From a virus (taxonomy: Duplodnaviria > Caudoviricetes): a stretch of DNA of 42,143 bases. Each line of letters starts with the position of its first letter. Positions within the stretch are counted from its first letter, which is position 1. The notes under the pieces were generated by a model that had not been told where the DNA came from, searched no databases, and was given only the letters and a program-made list of their open reading frames with translations. Location of the stretch: IMG/VR virus record IMGVR_UViG_3300038974_000891, positions 1 through 42,143 of that record. One strand, written 5' to 3'. The position numbers and the translations under genes are program-made. This document shows positions 1 to 9,374 of the stretch, one piece after another.

Positions 1-78
1 AGGTTCAACTACATCCACGACTTCAGGTTCAACTACATCCACGACTTCAGGTTCAACTACATCCACGACTTCAGGTTC
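1..78. repeat. 24-bp tandem repeat (AGGTTCAACTACATCCACGACTTC x3.25, truncated by window edge)
   Basis: Three exact copies plus AGGTTC; on the minus strand it encodes EPEVVDVV repeats in frame with the RecT-like ORF. Confidence 0.95.
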
Positions 79-804
79 GTTATTTACGGAATTTTTTGTA
101 TCAATTTGTTTTTTTGTCTTTTTTGGTTTTGTTTCCGACTTAACCTCCTTCAAAGGTTCAGCAATAGTGCTGCAAGCAACTATTTCTTTGTCCGGCAACG
201 GAATGTTTGGTGTTTCTTGAATTTCATCGGCGAAATCAATACCGATAGACAATTCCGGATAATACACAGAGGCAAAAAAGGTAGCGGCTCTATAACGCAC
301 CATAACATCCGGCATTGTTTGCCATTTACTTCCGTCTTTACCGTACCAACCCTCACGAACAGCCATAGACATAGACACCCAAGGACCGATTTGCTCCTCA
401 CCCGTACGACGATCATTCGCAATGGCACGGCATTTAAGGTTAGGTATAACCTTCTTTTGATTACCGAAACCACCCGCTTCAACAGTTCCTTCAGTAGCTA
501 ATTCATAATGAAGATTTACAACACGACTCGCTGTCAAAGCGGCGATAATATATTTTGATGACCATGAAGGTCGCCCTTTAATTATATTCAAGTTTTGCAT
601 CACAATTATCGGTGATAACTTTATTCTGGCTGCAATCTCCATCGCGACCATAACATCCGGCAGATTGTTTTGATAACGCTCTGGAATAATTTTTGATTGT
701 ATCAACATCTTACCTATACGTTGAGCATTCTCAAACGCCGTAAAATCAGACAATATATCTGTAGAAACGGCACTATCATCTTTAAGTGTAAGTTCATTTG
801 ACAT
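1..804 (-). CDS. RecT-like ssDNA-annealing protein/recombinase (3' end runs off window; absent from ORF track)
   Basis: Hand translation from ATG at 804 (RBS AAGGAG): MSNELTLK...VMQNLNIIKGRPSWSSKYIIA...EGWYGKDGSKWQTMPDVMVRYRAATFF...PE; open to base 1; directly follows a PD-(D/E)XK nuclease gene. Confidence 0.7.
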   Translation of the reverse strand, partial: MSNELTLKDDSAVSTDILSDFTAFENAQRIGKMLIQSKIIPERYQNNLPDVMVAMEIAARIKLSPIIVMQNLNIIKGRPSWSSKYIIAALTASRVVNLHYELATEGTVEAGGFGNQKKVIPNLKCRAIANDRRTGEEQIGPWVSMSMAVREGWYGKDGSKWQTMPDVMVRYRAATFFASVYYPELSIGIDFADEIQETPNIPLPDKEIVACSTIAEPLKEVKSETKPKKTKKQIDTKNSVNNEPEVVDVVEPEVVDVVEPEVVDVVEP

Positions 805-1614
805 TTAACTCTCCTTTTTTCTGCATTTACAAAATTTGGTACCATACGCCGGACAATACTTCGGCGAACACATCATAGAATTAGGGTTCGGAAGCCAAAC
901 CCAAGGACTGCCGGATTTGCGAAAATTCTGCATATCCGACTTTATTTTTTTAATAACCGCCCAAGCAAAGTTCTCTGCCATGGCAGGTTCATAATTTTTG
1001 ATAACCGGGGCCGGCTGAGCTTTGGTTTTTCCAACACGTTTTGCATATATTTCCCGTAACAAATCAACTTTGTAACCCGCCGTCCGCACAAGTAGAGAAT
1101 ATCCGCCATATTGAGGAATATTAACTCTTTCTGTCACCCCTGATTTAAAATCCTGAATAGTATTTAACTCACCCTCACGACCGCGAATATCAATGTGTCC
1201 GGAAAGAATAAAATCATCACCAAGATCCGCCGTAAATTCGCCTTCAATAGATATTTCTTGCAAATCAGGCATAGCGTCCAATATAGAATAAGCCTGTCTA
1301 AGTGCTTGCATTACGCCTGTTGCTTTATCAAACGTAGTATCATCCCAAATTATACCGGCATCAATCGTTTCCGCCATTGAGGATTCAGCAACCATCGTAG
1401 CTTCGTCAACATAAGAGAGCCCTCTGGAACGTAGAACAATTGCTGTTTCCAACGCCTTATGCATTGCCGTTCCGACAGCTGCACCGGCAGAAGTATTAAC
1501 AGGGCTCAGATCAAAATCATACTCCTGTATTTCTTTAAAAAACATTTTGGCCGCAGCCCGTCGGGAACAATCAGAATAATGTGATAAACTTGAACAACGT
1601 ATAATTATGCTCAT
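805..1614 (-). CDS. PD-(D/E)XK (RecB/Cas4-like) exonuclease
   Basis: GTAMH, LSGHID, QDFKSG, QYGGY motifs; N-terminal Cys plus C-terminal C-x4-C-x7-C cluster. Confidence 0.8.
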   Translation of the reverse strand: MSIIIRCSSLSHYSDCSRRAAAKMFFKEIQEYDFDLSPVNTSAGAAVGTAMHKALETAIVLRSRGLSYVDEATMVAESSMAETIDAGIIWDDTTFDKATGVMQALRQAYSILDAMPDLQEISIEGEFTADLGDDFILSGHIDIRGREGELNTIQDFKSGVTERVNIPQYGGYSLLVRTAGYKVDLLREIYAKRVGKTKAQPAPVIKNYEPAMAENFAWAVIKKIKSDMQNFRKSGSPWVWLPNPNSMMCSPKYCPAYGTKFCKCRKKES

Positions 1615-1635
1615 TTTCAGCCACCCTAAGAATAA

Positions 1636-1674
1636 AAAGTATATTTAACACTTTTAAAGTATAAAAAATACTTT
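1636..1674. promoter_or_regulatory. Tandem repressor operators (OL-like), AAAGT-N9-ACTTT x2 with 20-bp period
   Basis: AAAGTATATTTAACACTTT (1636-1654) and AAAGTATAAAAAATACTTT (1656-1674), upstream of the leftward operon. Confidence 0.7.
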
Positions 1675-1699
1675 AAAGGCAACAAAAAATAAAATCAAG

Positions 1700-1736
1700 A
1701 AAAAAATGCTGTTTTCAGAAAACCCCGAAAACAGCA
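1700..1736 (-). terminator. Intrinsic terminator after repressor gene
   Basis: 10-bp stem TGCTGTTTTC/GAAAACAGCA followed by T7 on minus strand. Confidence 0.75.
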
Positions 1737-1759
1737 AAGTAAATACTATAAAATAAATA

Positions 1760-2320
1760 TTATAAATGCTGGAATTTACCCAAAACCTTACCGCGAATTT
1801 TCACCTTACTTACATCCGTTTCCTCAGCCGCATCATATAATTTATTATCTACCTGTAGCGTGATTTTATCCGTAACATGATTTTGTGAAATCCTCATAAA
1901 AACGACACAGGAAGGCTTATCAAGAAGATATATTCCCGCTCCGTTTATCTGATTGATACTAAGGTCAACCAAAACAAATTCGCCATGTTTCAAAGTAGGA
2001 TACATTTCATCAGAAGAAACTTGGAACCAGCATGGATCCCCGGCACCCGTAGCAACATTAAGTGGAATAGTATTACTGCTGTTTTTATTAGCCGAAAAAA
2101 GTTCTTCAATGGATACTTTAAGAGTACTCGCTACCTTCTGCAACTCATCAGGAGGTAAATTTTTAACATAGCCTCCACAAAGGCGGCGAATCGCATCGTG
2201 ACGAACTCCGGCGGCAGCCTCAAAATCCTTGATATGTTTAAAATTCGCGGCAGAAATCAACTGTTCCACCCTTTTTCCCAGCGGACTAACCTCTTTTTTA
2301 TTTACTAATCTTTTAGTCAT
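1760..2320 (-). CDS. CI-like repressor (N-terminal HTH, C-terminal S24-like domain)
   Basis: HTH-like N-terminus (LQKVASTLKVSIEEL); S24-type C-terminus (FQVSSDEMYPTLKHGEFVLVD...IRGKV); divergent from replication genes. Confidence 0.8.
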   Translation of the reverse strand: MTKRLVNKKEVSPLGKRVEQLISAANFKHIKDFEAAAGVRHDAIRRLCGGYVKNLPPDELQKVASTLKVSIEELFSANKNSSNTIPLNVATGAGDPCWFQVSSDEMYPTLKHGEFVLVDLSINQINGAGIYLLDKPSCVVFMRISQNHVTDKITLQVDNKLYDAAEETDVSKVKIRGKVLGKFQHL

Positions 2321-2406
2321 AAATACCTCCTAAATATATTTTAATTGTACTTTATTTTTTATATTTTTGCAAATAAAAGTCATAAAACTCATTATATTTT
2401 GTCTTT

Positions 2407-2556
2407 AAAGTATAAAAAATCCTAGAAAAAGTTGAAAAATTACCAAAAGTATAAAATCACTATTTATTCAGCAAATACAAGAAGAAAACCTTTAAAAAAT
2501 CAATTTATCCATCTTAAAAAGTATAAAAAATTGTAAAAAAGTATAAAAAATACTTC
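2407..2556. promoter_or_regulatory. OR-like operator cluster (AAAGTATAAAA repeats)
   Basis: AAAGTATAAAA at about 2407, 2446, 2518 and 2538; the last is AAAGTATAAAAAATACTTC; the last two are 20 bp apart as at 1636/1656. Confidence 0.65.
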
Positions 2557-2589
2557 ACAAAGTCAAAAAATGATATTAACGTATAAAAC

Positions 2590-2653
2590 GTGGCGGGCGG
2601 AATGAGCCGGATCAGCTCAAAAACAAAGAAAATAACCCAATGCCGTCCGTCAC
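2590..2653 (+). ncRNA. Structured leader RNA upstream of helicase
   Basis: 11-bp outer stem GTGGCGGGCGG/CCGTCCGTCAC (with G-U pairs) and inner hairpin GAGC-CGGATCA-GCTC in an otherwise very AT-rich spacer. Confidence 0.45.
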
Positions 2654-2683
2654 AACAACAAGGGTTAGTAAAGGCTGGGTAAT

Positions 2684-4120
2684 ATGATAAAATTATATGA
2701 TTATCAACAAAAAGCAGTAGACGACATCAGGGAAGCATTTAAATCAGGTTACAAATCCCCCTTTCTGACAGCTCCTACAGGAGCAGGGAAAACCGTAATA
2801 CTATCAGAAATATGTGCTAATGCCGCTAAAAAAGGAACAAACACCGTTATACTGGTTCACCGTCAAGAACTGGTTGTACAAACAGCAAAGGCTTTAGGTA
2901 AATTCGGAATAAATCATTCCCTTATCGCACCGGCAAAAGTTGTACAAAATGCTATAAAAATCCAACTTGAAGAATTAAAAAAAAGTTATTTCAGAGATGA
3001 AAGCAATATCTACATAGCAACGGTACAAACACTTATTCGTCGTATGGAGGATCTTCCAAAATTTGATTTAATTTTAATAGACGAAGCTCACCACGGCGTT
3101 GCCGGCACTTGGCTAAAAATAGTTAAAAGTTATCCTGAAGCCAAAATTTTAGGTGTATCTGCCACTCCGGAACGTTTGGATGGCAAAGGATTAGGTGTGA
3201 ACTGCGGTGGTATATTTGATAAGCTAATAATCGGACCGACAATATCTGACCTTATAGATAGAGGATTTTTAACGAAACCGAAAGTATATTGTCCACCAAT
3301 ACAAGCAGACTTTGACGGAATAAGAACCATCGCCGGTGATTTTGACCGTAAAGAACAAGAAAAAAGGCTTAATAAACCGCGTATTATCGGTAACGTTATA
3401 TCTCACTACCGAAAATACTGTGAAGGTATTCCTGCAATCGCATTCTGCCCGACCGTAGAATACGCAAAATATGTAGCAGAAAATTTTAACGCGGCAGGTT
3501 ATCGGGCAACAAGTATTGACGGTAATATGGATGACTACCAACGAAACAGAGCAATAAATGACCTTGCAAACGGTCGCCTTGATGTCCTGACCAGTTGTGA
3601 AATTGTCAGCGAAGGAACAGATATCCCTGTTGTTGGTGCAGCAATATTATTAAGAAAAACGAAATCTCTAGGGCTATATCTACAACAAGTAGGCAGAGCA
3701 CTTAGAGCATATCCGGGAAAATCAGAAGCAATTATCCTTGACCATGTCGGCAACTGTATTGAACACGGTCTGCCGGATGATAATCATGAGTGGACACTTA
3801 GTGGTCGTAATTTAAAAAAAGCAAGCAGCAATAAATCTGGTGGTTCCAGTTGCCGGCAATGCTTAAATTGTTATGCAGTTTATCCATCAGCCGCAAGCGA
3901 GTGTCCACTCTGCCATACACCGGCAAATAAAACCAAAACAGAAATTGAAGAGGTAGAAGGAGAATTAGTTGAATTCAAAAAAAGAAATGAACGCATAGAA
4001 CGCGGTCGGGCTCAAACTATAGAAGAGCTTATCTCCTTAGGTAAATCTCGTGGCTACAAGAACCCTGTTGCTTGGGCACGGTACGTTTACAACGGAAGAA
4101 GAACAAAAAAGGCGATTTGA
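2684..4120 (+). CDS. SF2 DEAD/DEAH-box helicase with C-terminal zinc finger
   Basis: APTGAGKT, DEAHH, SATP, QQVGRALR motifs; CxxC...CxxC. Confidence 0.92.
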   Translation: MIKLYDYQQKAVDDIREAFKSGYKSPFLTAPTGAGKTVILSEICANAAKKGTNTVILVHRQELVVQTAKALGKFGINHSLIAPAKVVQNAIKIQLEELKKSYFRDESNIYIATVQTLIRRMEDLPKFDLILIDEAHHGVAGTWLKIVKSYPEAKILGVSATPERLDGKGLGVNCGGIFDKLIIGPTISDLIDRGFLTKPKVYCPPIQADFDGIRTIAGDFDRKEQEKRLNKPRIIGNVISHYRKYCEGIPAIAFCPTVEYAKYVAENFNAAGYRATSIDGNMDDYQRNRAINDLANGRLDVLTSCEIVSEGTDIPVVGAAILLRKTKSLGLYLQQVGRALRAYPGKSEAIILDHVGNCIEHGLPDDNHEWTLSGRNLKKASSNKSGGSSCRQCLNCYAVYPSAASECPLCHTPANKTKTEIEEVEGELVEFKKRNERIERGRAQTIEELISLGKSRGYKNPVAWARYVYNGRRTKKAI

Positions 4121-4125
4121 CGTAT

Positions 4126-4479
4126 ATGAGTAAACATCACAAAAAGATAAAACCTTCAGAAAGCTATGCAGCCGATTCCCCAGAGGAAAATCTTTTGACC
4201 GCTGTGATAAGACAAGCCTGGTGTGATGCTTTATGCGGCAAACAATCAACTGATTTAGCAGAAAAGGACATACAAAATGCTAAGAATATGTTTGAAAAAA
4301 ATATAACAAATAATTGGCGACAAGCCTTACAAATTTTGTGCACTTTTATAGACGTAGATGATGAACAACTCGTTGTCGGTTATAAAAAATACAAAGACCT
4401 AAAAGAAAACAAACAGATTAGTCTTAAAGCAGAAGATTTTTTTAATATATTGCTTAAAAAGCTTAAAACGAAGGAGTGA
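4126..4479 (+). CDS. Hypothetical phage protein
   Basis: ATG 6 nt after helicase stop; LLTAVIRQAWCDA motif resembles small phage early proteins. Confidence 0.65.
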   Translation: MSKHHKKIKPSESYAADSPEENLLTAVIRQAWCDALCGKQSTDLAEKDIQNAKNMFEKNITNNWRQALQILCTFIDVDDEQLVVGYKKYKDLKENKQISLKAEDFFNILLKKLKTKE

Positions 4480-4483
4480 AAAT

Positions 4484-4810
4484 ATGCAAATAATTAAGTT
4501 AGAAAAAGACGAAAATACGCTGAATTTACAGAAGGACGATTACGTAGTTACATACCCGATGGATTTTTATGCCGGCGCCGGTATATACGAAATACGGCAA
4601 CCTATTGACCCTAAAATGAGATTTGCCCGATGTATAGAACTTTTAGATGGCACAATCAAAGTTATAGGTGAAGAAAATAAGTGCAAATTCCTTAGCCCCA
4701 AAGATTTTTGCCGATGTGTTCGTTGTAAGGTGTTGGCAAGAATATCTATGGAAGGATGTATATCCAGCATCGCTAAATCAGAATTTGAAGAATTATTAGC
4801 ACGGAAATAA
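4484..4810 (+). CDS. Hypothetical protein resembling a stand-alone S24-like domain
   Basis: RBS AAGGAG; DDYVV...GAGIY...KV pattern parallels the repressor C-terminus (GEFVLV...GAGIY...GKV). Confidence 0.55.
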   Translation: MQIIKLEKDENTLNLQKDDYVVTYPMDFYAGAGIYEIRQPIDPKMRFARCIELLDGTIKVIGEENKCKFLSPKDFCRCVRCKVLARISMEGCISSIAKSEFEELLARK

Positions 4811-4814
4811 CAAT

Positions 4815-5228
4815 ATGAATGAATCCGATATACTTAAAAAAGTTATGTTGAAACTGGGAACAAAAGAATGGCTGAGAATATGGCGTCATAATACCGGTCA
4901 AGCATGGAACGGTAAACGCATACAGTTAAAAAAAGGTTCTTATGTTACCGACAATTTCGGCAGAGCGATAATCGTAGAGACAGGCGATATTCTAATCAAA
5001 AATGCTCATCCCGTTAATTTCGGTTTGAAAGGCTCAGGAGATATAGCGGGTATCATCGCCCCGCACGGCAAGTTACTTTATATAGAAACAAAATATGGAC
5101 GCTATCGGCAAACACCTCAACAAAAACGGTTCGCCGAAATGATTCGCCGTATGGGTGGAATATATATAGTTGTAAGAAATCCAGATGAAGCTGAGCAACA
5201 AATAATTGAGGCATTGAGGTCTAAATAA
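4815..5228 (+). CDS. VRR-NUC domain nuclease
   Basis: MNESDI..., FGLKGSGDI, YIETK, Q..F...I...GG.Y.V motifs. Confidence 0.85.
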   Translation: MNESDILKKVMLKLGTKEWLRIWRHNTGQAWNGKRIQLKKGSYVTDNFGRAIIVETGDILIKNAHPVNFGLKGSGDIAGIIAPHGKLLYIETKYGRYRQTPQQKRFAEMIRRMGGIYIVVRNPDEAEQQIIEALRSK

Positions 5229-7690
5229 TGCACGTTGATATAGACACCGTTAACGCTACGGCCATACATCACCTTGAAAGTTTACTGTGCGAATGGTTAC
5301 CAAACGGCAGAAAAAACGGTAATGAATGGCAAGTTGGTGACTGGGATGGCAATCCCGGTAAAAGTCTATCTATCAACATTAAAACAGCCAAAGGCAACGA
5401 TTTCGCAACTAACGAACCTGTTGGCGATGTCATAGGAATATGTGCAAAGGTCTTTAAAATTAACAGAATTGAAGCCGCAAAAAAAATAGCTGATAGACTT
5501 GGCATTGGCAAAAAAAATACCGCCCCCGGTGATACTTTCAATGGAACTTGCCAAGAACACGAAAAAACAGACGCCGAAAAGCAAAATAAACTTAATAAAA
5601 TAGTGTCAGAACTGGTTAATTTACCGGGAACGCCGGCTGTACTATACCTTAAAAGCAGGGGAATAAAAGGAGCCCCCTTAAATCTCTTTAAATTTAGACC
5701 TAATAAGAACGGGGGTGGCGGTGCCTTAGTTTGTATAGCTAAAAATGATACCGGTGAAATAAAAGCGGTACAAAGCATATATATTAACGACAAAGGGCAA
5801 AAAGCAAACCTTCACGTCAAAAAAAGAACTAACGGCTTCCCCGCCGGCAATCCGATTAAGATAAAAGGAGACCCACAGGGACCGATCCTTTTAACCGAGG
5901 GACCGGAAGATGCTCTAACCTTAGCCCAAACCACAGGAATGGAAGTGTGGTGTTCGATGGGACTTAATTTTATTGATAAAATAGATGAACCTAAGGGTCG
6001 GGCTTTAATTATCGTTCGTGATAATGATGAACCGGACAGTGACGCAGACAAAACAATGAATAAGATATTGTCAAAATTCTTGGACCGTGGTTTTTCTCGT
6101 CTTCTGTGTGCAAGACCACCGATGTCAATTAAAGACAGCAATCAACTGCTCCAAGAATTAGGTCCTGACGCAGTCGTTAAAATGATCAATGAGGCACAAG
6201 CAGTCCAAGACGCCAGAAACTCAAATCCAGAACCACCCGCAGAACATTATGAACCAATACCGGACTATCCGGATATACCTGAATATAACATATTTTCCGA
6301 ATTAGCTTATTTACCAAGAACAGATGTGGGTAACTCACAACGTATAGTTAAGCGTTGGGGTAAAATCGTTAAGTTCGTCCCCGGAATGGGCTGGATAATC
6401 TATCATAATGGTCTTTGGGATAACAAACATTCGGATCTTAGAGTCATCAACATGGCCAAAAGGACAGCCTTAGATATAATTCAAGAAACCGAATATGTAG
6501 AAGAACACCAAAAATCAGGAATTAAAAACTGGTGCAAAAAAAGCCAAGAGGGAAGCCGTATAAATTACGCCTTACGCTTAGCACAACCGGATCTATGTGT
6601 AGATGCAGATAAGCTGGACAAAGAAAGAATGTATTTTAACTGTGCAAACGGAGTTATTGACCTGACTACCGGCAAACTGATGAAACATAGCAGCGAATTC
6701 TATTGCACCAAACAAAGTCCCGTAATTTTTGAAACATCAGCAAAGTGTCCGGCATGGCAAAAATTTTTAAAAGAAATACTTGTAAATGAAGATATGATTA
6801 ATTTCGTCCAGCGTGCGATAGGTTACTCGCTAAGCGGAGATATCAGAGAACAATGTATGTTTGTTTTATATGGCAAAGGGGCTAACGGCAAATCAACCTT
6901 TCTGGAGACAATCCAATCGTTGATAGGCGACTACCACATAAAAACCAAAGCCGATGCATTTATGGAAAGCGGAAGAATTACTGATGCCAATCCTTTTATA
7001 GCAATGCTGCGATCGGCTCGTTTCGTTACCGCGTCAGAAACAAAAGCGGACAGAGCCCTTGATGAAAGTTTAATCAAAGAAGCAACAAGCGATACCACTA
7101 TGACCGCAAGAAATCTGCACCAAAACCCGTTTCAATTTTCGCCGCAATTCAAATTATGGCTGGCAACCAATCACAAACCTGAAATCAGGGGTACCGATGA
7201 CGGTATATGGCGGCGTTTGGTGCTTATACCCTTCAACATTCAATTCTACGATAAAAGCGATCCTGACGCACCTGCAGAAGGACCTTTTAAAGATAAGATG
7301 TTGATTGCTAAATTAAAAAATGAATTACCCGGTATATTGAATTGGGCTATAAAAGGCTGCCTTGAATGGCAAAGGCAAGGTCTAAATCCTCCGGATATAA
7401 TCAGGGAAGCAACTCAAGAATACCGTACAGAAATGGATGTTCTCGGCACATACTTGGAAGAAAACACCATAAGAATGCTTACCGCAACCATTTCTTGTGC
7501 TGATTTGTATGAAAACTATAAAAGATGGTGCCAAGATGCCGGGCACACACCCTACAGTAAAAACAAACTCGGCCGCAGACTTTATGAAAGACATATCAGC
7601 AAAGGCACAACGACAAAAGGAGAAAAAGCATACGTAGGAATAAAGCTGCGTGAAACGTGGACAGGTTTTAACAAAGTATGGGAGGTATAG
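5228..7690 (+). CDS. Primase-helicase (Toprim + D5/P4-family SF3 helicase + C-terminal winged helix)
   Basis: TEGPEDA and DND Toprim motifs; TDVGN; NCANGVIDL; Walker A GKGANGKST; ATNHKP; GIWRR. Confidence 0.92.
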   Translation: MHVDIDTVNATAIHHLESLLCEWLPNGRKNGNEWQVGDWDGNPGKSLSINIKTAKGNDFATNEPVGDVIGICAKVFKINRIEAAKKIADRLGIGKKNTAPGDTFNGTCQEHEKTDAEKQNKLNKIVSELVNLPGTPAVLYLKSRGIKGAPLNLFKFRPNKNGGGGALVCIAKNDTGEIKAVQSIYINDKGQKANLHVKKRTNGFPAGNPIKIKGDPQGPILLTEGPEDALTLAQTTGMEVWCSMGLNFIDKIDEPKGRALIIVRDNDEPDSDADKTMNKILSKFLDRGFSRLLCARPPMSIKDSNQLLQELGPDAVVKMINEAQAVQDARNSNPEPPAEHYEPIPDYPDIPEYNIFSELAYLPRTDVGNSQRIVKRWGKIVKFVPGMGWIIYHNGLWDNKHSDLRVINMAKRTALDIIQETEYVEEHQKSGIKNWCKKSQEGSRINYALRLAQPDLCVDADKLDKERMYFNCANGVIDLTTGKLMKHSSEFYCTKQSPVIFETSAKCPAWQKFLKEILVNEDMINFVQRAIGYSLSGDIREQCMFVLYGKGANGKSTFLETIQSLIGDYHIKTKADAFMESGRITDANPFIAMLRSARFVTASETKADRALDESLIKEATSDTTMTARNLHQNPFQFSPQFKLWLATNHKPEIRGTDDGIWRRLVLIPFNIQFYDKSDPDAPAEGPFKDKMLIAKLKNELPGILNWAIKGCLEWQRQGLNPPDIIREATQEYRTEMDVLGTYLEENTIRMLTATISCADLYENYKRWCQDAGHTPYSKNKLGRRLYERHISKGTTTKGEKAYVGIKLRETWTGFNKVWEV

Positions 7691-7691
7691 T

Positions 7692-8036
7692 ATGAAAACA
7701 ATAAACGAAGAGTGTAAAAAAGCCGGTATTGCCGTCGCAACCTATTACAGACGAAGAAAACAAGGCTTATCGCATAAAGAAGCATTATCTGTACCCGACG
7801 GCCGCAAGAAAAATAAATCACCTGTAAAAAAAAGCTATATTCGGCTGGGCGAAATCATTTTCACGGTATCAGAAAAAAAGCCGAAAAATAAACCACCGGA
7901 ACCGGTTATGGGGCTATTCCGAGCAGGTAATGTTTTTGAAGCAAAATATCAAAATTTTAGGGATAAAGAAGATATCCTGAAAATATCCGCCGCTTTGGCA
8001 AATGAAGTAGCGGAACTTATCAAACAAACTTTTTAA
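7692..8036 (+). CDS. Hypothetical protein with N-terminal HTH-like motif
   Basis: RBS GGAGG; GIAVATYYRRRKQGLSHKEAL. Confidence 0.6.
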   Translation: MKTINEECKKAGIAVATYYRRRKQGLSHKEALSVPDGRKKNKSPVKKSYIRLGEIIFTVSEKKPKNKPPEPVMGLFRAGNVFEAKYQNFRDKEDILKISAALANEVAELIKQTF

Positions 8037-8047
8037 AGGAGATTGAA

Positions 8048-8518
8048 ATGGATAACAATAACACAAATAATTCGTATATCTTTTCAGGTACAGATAACGA
8101 AACCAAAACCCTGACCATACGTGTAGATGGAAATGATACTCAGCTGATGTTTCTTTTTAAAGCTATTTGCTATGATCTGGCAAAGTCAGGTATATCGGAA
8201 AAAAAATTGCTCGCTTTGGTAACCTTAGGCTGCGAGGAATTATACGAAGATAAAACAAAAGCATCAAACGAACGTAACAATTCCTTTTTGGAAGAAACTC
8301 CGACTAACAACCGGAAAACTTGGGCTTATTATAAATTGAGCAGTACGGGTTCTTTTGCGACAGCTTTGTGCAGGGCTTGGGAACTGGCGGATAACGATAA
8401 CCGTAAACGTTTAAAATTTGCCTATCCTCGTTTGTTTGGCATAGCTGATACTTGGGAGAGAGCCAACAAGCCCAAAGAATTTTTGGAAGACATTTTAAGA
8501 GGCGAAAATGATAGATAA
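8048..8518 (+). CDS. Hypothetical phage protein
   Basis: RBS AAGGAG; operon context. Confidence 0.65.
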   Translation: MDNNNTNNSYIFSGTDNETKTLTIRVDGNDTQLMFLFKAICYDLAKSGISEKKLLALVTLGCEELYEDKTKASNERNNSFLEETPTNNRKTWAYYKLSSTGSFATALCRAWELADNDNRKRLKFAYPRLFGIADTWERANKPKEFLEDILRGENDR

Positions 8519-8885
8519 ATCAGATTTTGAAAAAATGGCTTGGAATATCTGTTGCTGGCATATAGCAACTTTTCCGAAAGCAACCGTTGAATCTCAAATT
8601 TTAAAAATAAACGAAGAAATTTGTGAATATAACGAAGCGGAAAACTTTGTAGAGCTGGCAGATGTCTTCATTGCGTCCGCCGCGGCCGCCAAACGATTTA
8701 ATAATCCGATGGCAAAAATTATTATGAATACCGTAATTGAAGATACTTTTGAAAATAAAACTCAAGGCATACTTTTTGATGCCATAGTTCACAAAATGAA
8801 GATAAACAAAACGCGAAAGTGGTCTGAACTGTCAAACGGCATAAATAAACACATCAATGATAATATGGAGAAATACAATGCATGA
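8508..8885 (+). CDS. MazG-like/dATP-dGTP pyrophosphohydrolase family protein
   Basis: W...TFP, KINEEICE, ELADV, KMKINKTRKW motifs. Confidence 0.7.
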   Translation: MIDKSDFEKMAWNICCWHIATFPKATVESQILKINEEICEYNEAENFVELADVFIASAAAAKRFNNPMAKIIMNTVIEDTFENKTQGILFDAIVHKMKINKTRKWSELSNGINKHINDNMEKYNA

Positions 8886-9090
8886 AATAATGTATATATC
8901 TGCCATGGCAATGTTAGTTATGGTGTACTTATGGAACAGTTTATGTGACCTTACAAGCAGAGCAAGATTCTATGAATTTCAAAAAAAACTTTTTGAAGAT
9001 ATATTAAAAGAAAACGCAGAGCTGAAGCATTCTATCAACAAAGCAGCAAAACGTGCCGAAAAGGAGGCTAAATCACAATCTGCAGCGTAG
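8878..9090 (+). CDS. Small membrane-anchored coiled-coil protein
   Basis: RBS GGAG; N-terminal hydrophobic stretch. Confidence 0.55.
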   Translation: MHEIMYISAMAMLVMVYLWNSLCDLTSRARFYEFQKKLFEDILKENAELKHSINKAAKRAEKEAKSQSAA

Positions 9091-9099
9091 CCATAAAAA

Positions 9100-9132
9100 G
9101 GCGGAATTTTAATAATCCCGCCGATTTTTTTT
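9100..9132 (+). terminator. Terminator of early right operon (possibly bidirectional)
   Basis: GGCGG/CCGCC stem followed by a T run, between convergent genes. Confidence 0.55.
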
Positions 9133-9342
9133 AATAACATCGTCAGAAGACTTCCTTGCTTGGTCTATTATCTTACTGAAAATAAAACCCATCAGCCAAC
9201 CGACGGCAGTAATACCCATCCACCAAAGGAATGCCGACCACAGTGGCATATCACTATCCATCCAAGCTAAAACCCCGCACAGAACAATAAAAACAAATAC
9301 TCCCCAAAAGGTATAACCGTCATATTCTTCCTCTTCATCCAT
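9109..9342 (-). CDS. Small two-TM membrane protein
   Basis: RBS AAGGAG; two hydrophobic helices, acidic N-terminus, basic C-terminus. Confidence 0.65.
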   Translation of the reverse strand: MDEEEEYDGYTFWGVFVFIVLCGVLAWMDSDMPLWSAFLWWMGITAVGWLMGFIFSKIIDQARKSSDDVIKKNRRDY

Positions 9343-9374
9343 TTTCTACAACTCCTTATAAATATTACTGTTAT

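Noticed and set aside
1-78. CRISPR array (next to a Cas4-like nuclease)
   Set aside because: Repeats are contiguous with no spacers and are in-frame coding; the nuclease fits a phage exonuclease/annealase pair
106-501. ORF-track ORFs 106..501(+) and 180..482(-)
   Set aside because: Shadow frames of the real minus-strand gene starting at 804
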